NCBI GenBank assembly: GCA_024635605.1
Contig: JAGXIR010000194.1
Coordinates: 1 to 55,303 of the forward strand
Reading direction: 5' to 3'
DNA length: 55,303 nucleotides
From: Sunxiuqinia sp.
Lineage (GTDB): Bacteria > Bacteroidota > Bacteroidia > Bacteroidales > Prolixibacteraceae
Shown here: in pieces, positions 31,586 through 39,736 of the stretch
Position numbering within the stretch: position 1 is the first letter of the stretch
How the letters are laid out: the number at the start of each line of letters is the position of its first letter
Notes under the pieces: model-generated
Database searches by the model: none
Seen by the model: only the letters and a program-made list of their open reading frames with translations
Told to the model about the DNA's origin: nothing
Translations under genes and position numbers: made by a program

Positions 31586-31650
31586 TGACCCACCCTGCCA
31601 CGGCAAGCCACGGCTTCCCTCCCTTGAAAAGGGAGGGCCAGGGTGGGTCA
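31586..31650. repeat. GC-rich nested palindrome (REP-like element)
   Basis: Outer arms TGACCCACCCTG/CAGGGTGGGTCA enclose the inner hairpin CCCTCCCTT-GAA-AAGGGAGGG. Confidence 0.7.
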
Positions 31651-31702
31651 GGCATTTGTGAGTTGAAGACATAAGTTTGGGTGGTGAATGTTTTACCATG
31701 AG

Positions 31703-32887
31703 TTATATAGTAGGTTTGATACGATCATGCTCACTGAGAATATGACGCATCAATGGAAAGTAGAAACGATAAAAGAATTCGTCTTCGCCAAAAGTCCCTT
31801 TCCTCCCTTTCAATATCGAACTGAAACGATGGATTCCTTTGAAACGGCTCGTTGCCATGGAAATCGGTTCGCTGCTATAGTCACCACACAAATAATAGAA
31901 CGAATAATCCTGGGCCCGGTGCATCAACACGGCCGGGAAACGGTCAGAGATTCCAAGCTGGTTTAATTTCGTTTTTCCCTGATCCGTCAGGTCGATTTGG
32001 TAGGCTGAAACGGCATGGTTGATCGAATCATTGTACTCAATCACATCAAACCAATACCGAAATTCCTGCAAGCGAGGCAGCTCCAGTTGATTCACACCGT
32101 AACCGAAGGTTTTTATCTGGGGCATCGCGGTGTTCAGATCATGCTGTTCAGATAAAACCACCATGCGTCCATCTTCGTTGACCAGAACAATTCCCTCCCC
32201 GCTATAATCCCATGGCTCACCGTAATTTTCATTATAAGAATGAATCACCCAGGCCGGCAAAGTTTCGCTATCGCGACTCAATGACTCAAAATATTTTCCA
32301 GACCATCCGGTCCAATGCAGGCCGGCTTCTTCCTCAAACTGCCGGCGAATGGCCCTCGAAGTTGGCGCCTGAAGGATATTAAATTCAGCAACGATGGTTT
32401 TGCCTTCTTTTTTCATCTTTCGAAAAAGCGACAGGTCGCCGGAACTCAGCCCCCCGTAAATCAATTTTGGCCCTTCGCTTTCCGTTTCGAAAGCATAAAC
32501 ACCGTATGTATCGGCAAACATCAGAACATCGGTTTGCCGGCTCAGCGAATCCAATTGCACCTGCGACAATTGATCGAAATCGTTGAATTGGTAGCTTCCG
32601 ATTTTGTCGGCAAATACTCCCCAGTAGTGAATTGTTTTGTCATAAGCTGTCCCATCATGTTTTCTGATTTGCTGGTTTTGAAGAACCCAGAAAAAGGCAT
32701 TGTGGGCCAGGCGTTCGCCGGAAGCATCTGTTTTATCCACGTAAGCCACGTTGACAGCTCTAGCGGGCGTAACTTTCCATGTCATTTTCATAATCAGGAG
32801 AATGACCAAAGGGAATAGAATAATCATGCCTGCTAAAGCCCCAAAAAAGACTCTTTTCCTAATCTGTTTGACAAACGATAACATCAT
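31703..32887 (-). CDS. Membrane-anchored periplasmic protein of unknown function in the GT2/YaiO cluster
   Basis: Single N-terminal TM segment; motifs DKT, ADTYGVY, AEFN, WTGWSGKYF and YWFD. Starts 4 bp after the YaiO gene stop. Confidence 0.7.
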   Translation of the reverse strand: MMLSFVKQIRKRVFFGALAGMIILFPLVILLIMKMTWKVTPARAVNVAYVDKTDASGERLAHNAFFWVLQNQQIRKHDGTAYDKTIHYWGVFADKIGSYQFNDFDQLSQVQLDSLSRQTDVLMFADTYGVYAFETESEGPKLIYGGLSSGDLSLFRKMKKEGKTIVAEFNILQAPTSRAIRRQFEEEAGLHWTGWSGKYFESLSRDSETLPAWVIHSYNENYGEPWDYSGEGIVLVNEDGRMVVLSEQHDLNTAMPQIKTFGYGVNQLELPRLQEFRYWFDVIEYNDSINHAVSAYQIDLTDQGKTKLNQLGISDRFPAVLMHRAQDYSFYYLCGDYSSEPISMATSRFKGIHRFSSILKGRKGTFGEDEFFYRFYFPLMRHILSEHDRIKPTI

Positions 32888-32891
32888 ATTC

Positions 32892-34157
32892 CTAGAATTT
32901 GCGGATGTAAGTAACCGACGTATTAATCTGGTTGCCTTTCCTGTCCTTTTGAAACTCTTGGTTGATAAAGGATGCAGAAAGCCCGATCACATTAAATTTT
33001 TTTATACTTTTCCTTAGTCCCAAGCCAACATGAGCTGATCTTAACCGGTAATCGCTTACATAGCTTTGGACCGAAACAGCGTCATCAGGCGACAAGCCAT
33101 AGCCAAAGCTAAATTTCCAATAGTCGTCAGCCCCGCCAAAATAGTAGCGGGTGGTCATGGTATAGGAGTGCGATATTTCCTGATTTCCCGGAACCAGGTA
33201 GGTTTTAAAGTTAAACCAATAGTTTTTGTAGTACTTGGCTATACTGGCCACGTAAATCCAGGTATCACCACTAAAATGCAGAAAGCGGGCCCCGGCCTCA
33301 GCTTCAAAGCTTTTGGGCAAGCTAAAATACAGCGATAAGCCGGCTCTAAACCGGGGGAAAACAGCGGAATGATCGGACAAGCCAACATTCATATAAGCGT
33401 AGATATTTTTTGCCAAACCAGGATACGCATCAATTTCGTACTGAAAAGCTGAATTGCCAAAACGTTCTCCCCAATTGACGCGGCCAATAACAGAACCAAT
33501 CTTGGTGTAATGTCCGTAGTCAATTCCGATAATATGCCAGGGACTTTCATGTAAATGATCGGGATACTTTTGATTGAACCAACTAAAATCATGTGAAATG
33601 CCGATCTTGTTCTTTGCAGAATCATAACGGATGTTGCCCAACAAGGAGCGGGCATCCTGATTTTTGGGGTAACGCTCAACTAAGTCTTCAGCAACCTGGA
33701 ATGCTTCATCAAACCGCTTCATATTATTCAGAATTCTGGCTTTTTTCAACAGTAACTCTTCTGAACCGGGATGCTCCGACAATCCTTTGTTGCAGTACTC
33801 CAGGGCCGCCTGATTATTGTCGTTCCAATACTCCAGATCGGTGATGGCCATGGAGGCGTCCTCATGCCCCGGATAGCGTTTCAGAACGTACTGAAATGCC
33901 TCACGGGCTTCTTCCACCCGGTCAGTCCAAGTGTAAATCCGCCCCAGAAAGATCCGAATGCCGCTGTAATCGGGGCTCATTTTAAGCGCCTGCTTCGAGA
34001 GTGTTATCGCCTTCGGGTAATCATCGTCGTCAAACGCGGCCTGCCGGGCGAGCACAAATAGTTCGTCCGAAGTATAATCCTGTGCAGCGACCTGTTGAGT
34101 GGCTCCCAGTAAAGTAAACCAAAAGAGCACAAATGTTATGGTGATTATTCTGTTCAT
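32892..34157 (-). CDS. TPR plus YaiO-family outer-membrane beta-barrel (putative polysaccharide export pore)
   Basis: Signal peptide and N-terminal TPRs; C-terminal barrel with QYEIDAYP, FEAEAGARFLHF and RYYFGGADDY, ending in YIRKF. Confidence 0.8.
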   Translation of the reverse strand: MNRIITITFVLFWFTLLGATQQVAAQDYTSDELFVLARQAAFDDDDYPKAITLSKQALKMSPDYSGIRIFLGRIYTWTDRVEEAREAFQYVLKRYPGHEDASMAITDLEYWNDNNQAALEYCNKGLSEHPGSEELLLKKARILNNMKRFDEAFQVAEDLVERYPKNQDARSLLGNIRYDSAKNKIGISHDFSWFNQKYPDHLHESPWHIIGIDYGHYTKIGSVIGRVNWGERFGNSAFQYEIDAYPGLAKNIYAYMNVGLSDHSAVFPRFRAGLSLYFSLPKSFEAEAGARFLHFSGDTWIYVASIAKYYKNYWFNFKTYLVPGNQEISHSYTMTTRYYFGGADDYWKFSFGYGLSPDDAVSVQSYVSDYRLRSAHVGLGLRKSIKKFNVIGLSASFINQEFQKDRKGNQINTSVTYIRKF

Positions 34158-34177
34158 TTCTTTCCTGTTTTTGCGGT

Positions 34178-36238
34178 TTAATCCAATTGAACCGTTGGCG
34201 GTGTGTAGCCCGGAAGCAGTGAATCCGGATACAGTCTTCGCTCTTGTGCAAACCGCGTATTCTTATTTTTTAGCCTTTGTAAATCCATGTTCAAACGATC
34301 AGCCAGCTCCGCGTCATCTTCTTCAATCAAAGCCATATGAGGACCAATACGATAGATTTCTTCGGCGCTCAAAAAGTATTCCCCTGAAACCAGGTCACTG
34401 ATCGCTGTTTTGGTTTGCATCAGTGGGAAAGTATTCTTGTTCGAAAATGCCAGCGTTGAATCCAGTCCAACCCCCATCCAACAGGCAAGTTCGGGTAGAT
34501 CAAAATCAAATTCATTTTCAAGAAAAGCGGTCAAACTTGGGGTAACATCAAAGTGCGAAACCACCGAAGAAAATTTTGTTGGCCGTTCAACCAAGGGCGA
34601 ATACACGATCAATGGCACATGGTACCGGTCGATTTTTGTTGACATTGGGATATCAGGCATCCGGTGATCACCTGTTATGATGAAAATCGTATTTTCGAAA
34701 GAATCACGTTTTCGATAGGCCTCAAAAAAACTTCTCAAGGCATCATCCATATACAAAACTGTTTCGAGCTGCTGCTGGTAACTCCGGCACAAGGCTTCCA
34801 TTCGCTCATCAAGTCCGAGGCTTGGTAAAATCTGTTGGAATTGCTCTTTATAGCGTGCTTGATTATTGACCAAAAAAGGACTATGTGTGGAAACGGTTAA
34901 TAAGACGTTAACGCTGGGGCTGTCATCACCAGCAAGGTCTAAGGTTTTAAAAAAACGACGATATAGTTCAAAGTCGCCATATCCCCAGGAGAACCCGGAG
35001 GCATTACCCGGCAACAACTCATAACCGGCCCCAAAGTTTGTTTTGTCAATAATCTCGTCGCACCCCTGTTTTTGCATAAACTGGTCCATCTTGTCAAACT
35101 CCGAATCGCCGGCATACATAAACCTGGAGTGATACCCATTGCGTTGCAATAAATTAATCAAACTTTGATGCGGAGGCATTCCCTCTCCCATTTCGGCAAA
35201 ACCATGCTCGCCAAACGGCAGTGAAGCCAGCAAGGATGGCAATACCGCAAAAGTACGTCCGCTGGTACTCAGGCAATTCTCCCAATACAAACTATGGTTG
35301 GACAAGGAATCCAGAAAAGGGGTAAAACTTCCCATGTAAGCATCTTCGTTGCTAAATGCGCGTCCAAGCCCTTCAACAATAATCATGACCAGATCCGGTG
35401 GCGTATCATTCTTTTTCAGGAATGATGAAAACACATCAACACTGTTTTTTTCATGAAGGAAGGGGAAATGAATAGCATCAGGATAGGCAAACTTGTTCGC
35501 CCATTTCTGTCTTGATTGACCATCATATCCTAAAAAAGCATCAGCAAATAAGGGAAGGTTCTCTTCCCGCTCCCAATCAGAAAGATGATAAAAAGCATCG
35601 CCGTAGAAAAAGGCCGACTTGTTTATCACGGAATTATCGATAAACTCGGATCCAAACCCCGCACTGGTTTTGGAAGGAGCTATCCCAACAAAAAAGAAGC
35701 TTGCTATGCTGATCACTAAAAGGCTATACGTCAGCTTTACAGGTAATTTCAGGTACCGCGGGAGAAAAACAAAGACAAGTACGATCAGCACAATTCCAAT
35801 GACCAAACCAATGGCTACCGGACCAGTGATTGCCGCTCCGGCTGTCTGGCGGATGTCCTGAAGTGAATAATGAAAAAGGTCGGCTCCAAGTAAATTTAAG
35901 GCAGTTGAGAAATAATGTCCGAGCATGCCGTGTGCCAACACCACCAAACTAAATAAGGTGACGGCAACAAACCTGGCGAACCGAACCGACAAAGAAAAAC
36001 AGGCCAGAAAAATGACAAAAAGTACTGGAATGATAAAAAGCCAAAAAATCAAATCAGTATAAAATGCGCTGGCATAATAATTCCATGCTCCTTCAGCCGG
36101 AAGAAGCTGCAAGACTTGACCGCTGAAAACCTCGAAAATTCGCAGCAACAGCAGCAAGCTTAGTAAAACAATGGCGTATCCACCAAACCAGTGAGTAGCA
36201 TCTTTAAATCGGTTGTTATTTCTTCCTTCTGATTTCAT
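34178..36238 (-). CDS. LtaS/alkaline-phosphatase-superfamily membrane transferase (phosphoglycerol or phosphoethanolamine transferase-like)
   Basis: About 5 TM helices followed by a sulfatase-fold domain: IIVEG (metal ligand), GRTF (candidate catalytic Thr), STHSPF and TGDH. Confidence 0.85.
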   Translation of the reverse strand: MKSEGRNNNRFKDATHWFGGYAIVLLSLLLLLRIFEVFSGQVLQLLPAEGAWNYYASAFYTDLIFWLFIIPVLFVIFLACFSLSVRFARFVAVTLFSLVVLAHGMLGHYFSTALNLLGADLFHYSLQDIRQTAGAAITGPVAIGLVIGIVLIVLVFVFLPRYLKLPVKLTYSLLVISIASFFFVGIAPSKTSAGFGSEFIDNSVINKSAFFYGDAFYHLSDWEREENLPLFADAFLGYDGQSRQKWANKFAYPDAIHFPFLHEKNSVDVFSSFLKKNDTPPDLVMIIVEGLGRAFSNEDAYMGSFTPFLDSLSNHSLYWENCLSTSGRTFAVLPSLLASLPFGEHGFAEMGEGMPPHQSLINLLQRNGYHSRFMYAGDSEFDKMDQFMQKQGCDEIIDKTNFGAGYELLPGNASGFSWGYGDFELYRRFFKTLDLAGDDSPSVNVLLTVSTHSPFLVNNQARYKEQFQQILPSLGLDERMEALCRSYQQQLETVLYMDDALRSFFEAYRKRDSFENTIFIITGDHRMPDIPMSTKIDRYHVPLIVYSPLVERPTKFSSVVSHFDVTPSLTAFLENEFDFDLPELACWMGVGLDSTLAFSNKNTFPLMQTKTAISDLVSGEYFLSAEEIYRIGPHMALIEEDDAELADRLNMDLQRLKNKNTRFAQERRLYPDSLLPGYTPPTVQLD

Positions 36239-36317
36239 TCGTATAAATTTTCAATCTTGATCTTTATTATCGTGTATATTTCAATATACCGCGCGTTGCA
36301 ACAGCGAGTGGTAAACT

Positions 36318-37745
36318 CTAAGGTTTTTTGATTGTGACAAACCCGGTACGCGACATCTGTCCCCACCCATTTCGGTTCTTTTTAATGAAATATTCAAAGT
36401 TTCCTTTTAACGAAAAGAAGCTGTTTACAAGATTAAAAGTAAAAGCTTCAATCCATGCGATAAACAATAGCTTGACAATATGATTTGTTTTGGTGTATTT
36501 GTGATAAGCAAAATGATCGCATAAGATTGCCCAGGTTGAAAAGGCTATTCCAAAGAGGTAAACAAAAAGCAGAAGAATCAGGAAGAATGGCCAGTTGACA
36601 TGATCAATAATCACCAGGTAAGTAAAATAAAAGATACCGAGCGTTTGGATGACCGGGGCAAACCATTCATAGAGTACGGTGGTTGGCATACTTAGCATTC
36701 CAACAATCTTGTAACGGGGATTAAACCACATTTTCCGGTGGTTAATCATACAATCAATTAAACCCCGGGTCCAGCGGGTACGTTGCCTGCCAAAAACCCT
36801 CCAGTCTTCGGGTACTTCGGTCCAGCTCATCGGATGCGGAACCAAAATCACGCGGTGCTTCTCGTCGCGGTCGTACATGTATTTACGCATTCGGATGATC
36901 AGGTCCATATCCTCCCCGACCGTTTTGGTGCTGTAACCGCCACATTTCAAAACCAGTTCGCGGTCGAACATGCCCAACGCACCGGAGATGAGAATCATTC
37001 CATTCAGCTTTTTCCAGGCCAGACGCGAAAGCAGAAAGGCCCTGTTGTATTCCAGTACCTGGAAGCGGGCCAGAAAGTTCTTGGGAATATTGACATTGAT
37101 CAAATGTCCTTTCCGGAATTCGCAGGAATTGGCCACGCGAATGGTACCGCCGGTAGCAATCACTTTCGAATCGGAATATTCCAAAAATGGTTTTATCAGG
37201 TATTGAATGACGTAAGGATCGATGATGGTATCCACATCAATGGTCATGAAATACTCTCCTTTGGCAATGCTGATCCCGGCATTTAAAGCATCCGACTTGC
37301 CGCCGTTTTCTTTATCAACAATGATTAAGTTGGAATAGGTTTCCAGGTTTGATCGGTAAATGCCTCGAATTTGTTTACAATCAATTACAGAATCCAAGGC
37401 AAAATCAACTTTTACCAAGTCAAAAGCATCAATGGCCGTTTGCAGTGTTTCATCCTTGCTGCCATCATTGACAACGATGATTTCGTATTTCGAATAGCGC
37501 AAGTGCAATAAACCGTTTATATTCTCAACAATGGTCTTTTCTTCGTTGAATGCCGGAGCCACGATCGAAACACTAGGAACGCGGTCGTATACCATCAATG
37601 ATTTATATTGAGCTAGCTTATTTTCGCGGACTACTTTTCGCAGTTCGAAAAGCGCAACAATAGCCAGAATCAAATAATGAACGACAATCAGAATCGCATA
37701 CAGGAGAAAGATATACTCAAGGACAATCAGGATTAGTTTAATCAT
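36318..37745 (-). CDS. Processive GT2 glycosyltransferase (PgaC/IcaA/NfrB-like polysaccharide synthase)
   Basis: PAFNEE, NDGSKD, NGGKSDALN, DVD, GED and QRTRW; one N-terminal and several C-terminal TM helices. Confidence 0.92.
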   Translation of the reverse strand: MIKLILIVLEYIFLLYAILIVVHYLILAIVALFELRKVVRENKLAQYKSLMVYDRVPSVSIVAPAFNEEKTIVENINGLLHLRYSKYEIIVVNDGSKDETLQTAIDAFDLVKVDFALDSVIDCKQIRGIYRSNLETYSNLIIVDKENGGKSDALNAGISIAKGEYFMTIDVDTIIDPYVIQYLIKPFLEYSDSKVIATGGTIRVANSCEFRKGHLINVNIPKNFLARFQVLEYNRAFLLSRLAWKKLNGMILISGALGMFDRELVLKCGGYSTKTVGEDMDLIIRMRKYMYDRDEKHRVILVPHPMSWTEVPEDWRVFGRQRTRWTRGLIDCMINHRKMWFNPRYKIVGMLSMPTTVLYEWFAPVIQTLGIFYFTYLVIIDHVNWPFFLILLLFVYLFGIAFSTWAILCDHFAYHKYTKTNHIVKLLFIAWIEAFTFNLVNSFFSLKGNFEYFIKKNRNGWGQMSRTGFVTIKKP

Positions 37746-39133
37746 GCTACATGTTTATTTCTTGGTTCAGCCACATGTTTGATAAATATCGCAATTCTCC
37801 CTTCCAACTCTTCGTCCAGCAACCAAAGCCTTCGTTCGCCGTACCCCGAGAATTTATAGAGCAGCTTGACCGCTTCAAAAACTTCGTCAAACGATCCCTT
37901 GCGCACACGTTCTTCAATAAATGAAATATCGTCATCTTCAATAAAATGCTTCATTGAACGAAGAATCTCCAACCTCACCGGATGACATTCATCTACATAC
38001 CGGTTTTTCATCAGTACTTTGATCCGATAATATTCCAAAGCCCTGAGCGTGATCACCGCTTCCTGCCTCACTTCCGGATTCTCGTCCAACAAGCATTTTG
38101 CGACTTCGCGAACAGCATCCAGTTGGTTGTAAATGGAGATCATTCGCAACAGGAACAGGCGCACCTGCAAATCCGAATGGTTTAACATGTGAGCCATTGC
38201 GGGCGGTTCAATACCATTGAAATACATGGTGTAGTAGATACTCAGCGAGTCCCATCGGACAAACGAGTATTTTAGTTCCATCAGAAAGCCAAAAGGATTT
38301 TTGTCATCCAGCAACATGTAGGAAAGAATGGCTTCTGTCCGCACATACTGATGGTTATCGTTGATGTAATTTTCAATTTCTGTTTTATAGGCTCTTTTTC
38401 CAAGAAAAGCCAATTCCCGTAAGCCAACAGAGCGACGGTACCAGTTACCGTACTTAATTTTGCGCAACGATACTTTATGGAGTTGCAGCACCTGATACAA
38501 AGCCTTGATTTTGATTGAGCCCTCACCGGTGAAATTTCGCTTCCCCTCAATCAAAACATCAATAATAATCTGCTTGTCCTTTGATGATTTGTACTGGTTT
38601 AGTGTTTCAACAATCCCGGCTGCTTCATGGTCATCTAAATCATCGTAGAAATAGGGCGAAACGATCTCAATAATTTCCTTCCGTTTGTATTTTTGGTAAA
38701 TCTCTCTTCTATTGAAAATCCAGTTTGAAATAACGATAACAATGACAACTGATGCAATATTCAAAAGAAAAAAAATGGCGAATAAGGCCAGGTAAAACAG
38801 TAAGCTGTAGCCGAGCGAAATTTTATCCACGAAGGAAAAAAAATCGGTTAATGCGCTCCTGACAAAATCCACTAAACTTATGATTAAACCATACGATCCA
38901 GCTCCTGCCCCAACACCAAGAAGGGTTGGCCGTGCTTCCATTTCTGCAACATCAGGTATTGCTACTTCACAATCGAAATAAACCTCAGCCGGAGGATCCT
39001 CAAGAAATACACACTCCGCTTTCGTAGAATTAACTGCTGCCTGAATCTCCTGAATTTGTCCCCATCCGAAGAATAAAGAATAAATAACAACGAAGATTCC
39101 TCCCTTCAAAAACACACATCTAAACTTCTTCAT
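37742..39133 (-). CDS. Membrane protein with cytoplasmic HEAT/ARM repeats
   Basis: Signal/TM segments followed by HEAT-like repeats (LLDENPEVRQEAVITL, HSDLQVRLFLLRMI). Overlaps the GT2 start by 4 bp. Confidence 0.75.
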   Translation of the reverse strand: MKKFRCVFLKGGIFVVIYSLFFGWGQIQEIQAAVNSTKAECVFLEDPPAEVYFDCEVAIPDVAEMEARPTLLGVGAGAGSYGLIISLVDFVRSALTDFFSFVDKISLGYSLLFYLALFAIFFLLNIASVVIVIVISNWIFNRREIYQKYKRKEIIEIVSPYFYDDLDDHEAAGIVETLNQYKSSKDKQIIIDVLIEGKRNFTGEGSIKIKALYQVLQLHKVSLRKIKYGNWYRRSVGLRELAFLGKRAYKTEIENYINDNHQYVRTEAILSYMLLDDKNPFGFLMELKYSFVRWDSLSIYYTMYFNGIEPPAMAHMLNHSDLQVRLFLLRMISIYNQLDAVREVAKCLLDENPEVRQEAVITLRALEYYRIKVLMKNRYVDECHPVRLEILRSMKHFIEDDDISFIEERVRKGSFDEVFEAVKLLYKFSGYGERRLWLLDEELEGRIAIFIKHVAEPRNKHVA

Positions 39134-39195
39134 TTTAAATTTTTCTCTGCCTACTTCACATTCACGTCCCGTCCCACAAAAATCTAAAATCGCTA

Positions 39196-39585
39196 TTATC
39201 CTATCAATCGCTTGATTCGGACACTTAATTCACCCGCCCGAAAAGGTTTAACAATGAAATCATTAGCCCCAATATTGAAAATATTGCCAATCACATCTTC
39301 TTCATGTGTTGACGAAATGGCCATGATTGGAACTGTTGCCGATATATTATCCCTGACATACTTAATAAGTTCGCTCCCGTTCATAAACGGCATGTACAAG
39401 TCTGTTATCAAAAGATCAAAAGAATTCGAGCTTAAAAATTCAATGGCTTCCTCGCCATTATTAAAAACCTCCACCTGAAAGCCATCCTTCTCCATGCGAT
39501 ACTCCAGCACCTTACTGAGCAAATCATTATCTTCGACAATAACAATCGTTTTTTTTGAACTAAGGTCTAGATTAACTTTATTCAT
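39196..39585 (-). CDS. Single-domain response regulator (CheY-like receiver)
   Basis: VEDN, ITDLYMP (phospho-acceptor Asp), SS and KPF; no output domain. Confidence 0.9.
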   Translation of the reverse strand: MNKVNLDLSSKKTIVIVEDNDLLSKVLEYRMEKDGFQVEVFNNGEEAIEFLSSNSFDLLITDLYMPFMNGSELIKYVRDNISATVPIMAISSTHEEDVIGNIFNIGANDFIVKPFRAGELSVRIKRLIG

Positions 39586-39643
39586 TCCCAACGCCTCCTG
39601 AATTTAAATTCTCTTTAATATAAAGTTTCACGCGTCAATGATA

Positions 39644-39651
39644 CAAATTTA
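39644..39651 (-). promoter_or_regulatory. -7 promoter box for the receiver/HEAT/GT2 cluster
   Basis: TAAATTTG on the minus strand about 60 bp upstream of the ATG. Confidence 0.5.
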
Positions 39652-39736
39652 AATTCATATTCCAATATTGAATTATATAATTATTGAATAAGGCACTGCA
39701 ACACGCCTTCTCAAAAACGGTCGAAAAAACCAAAAA

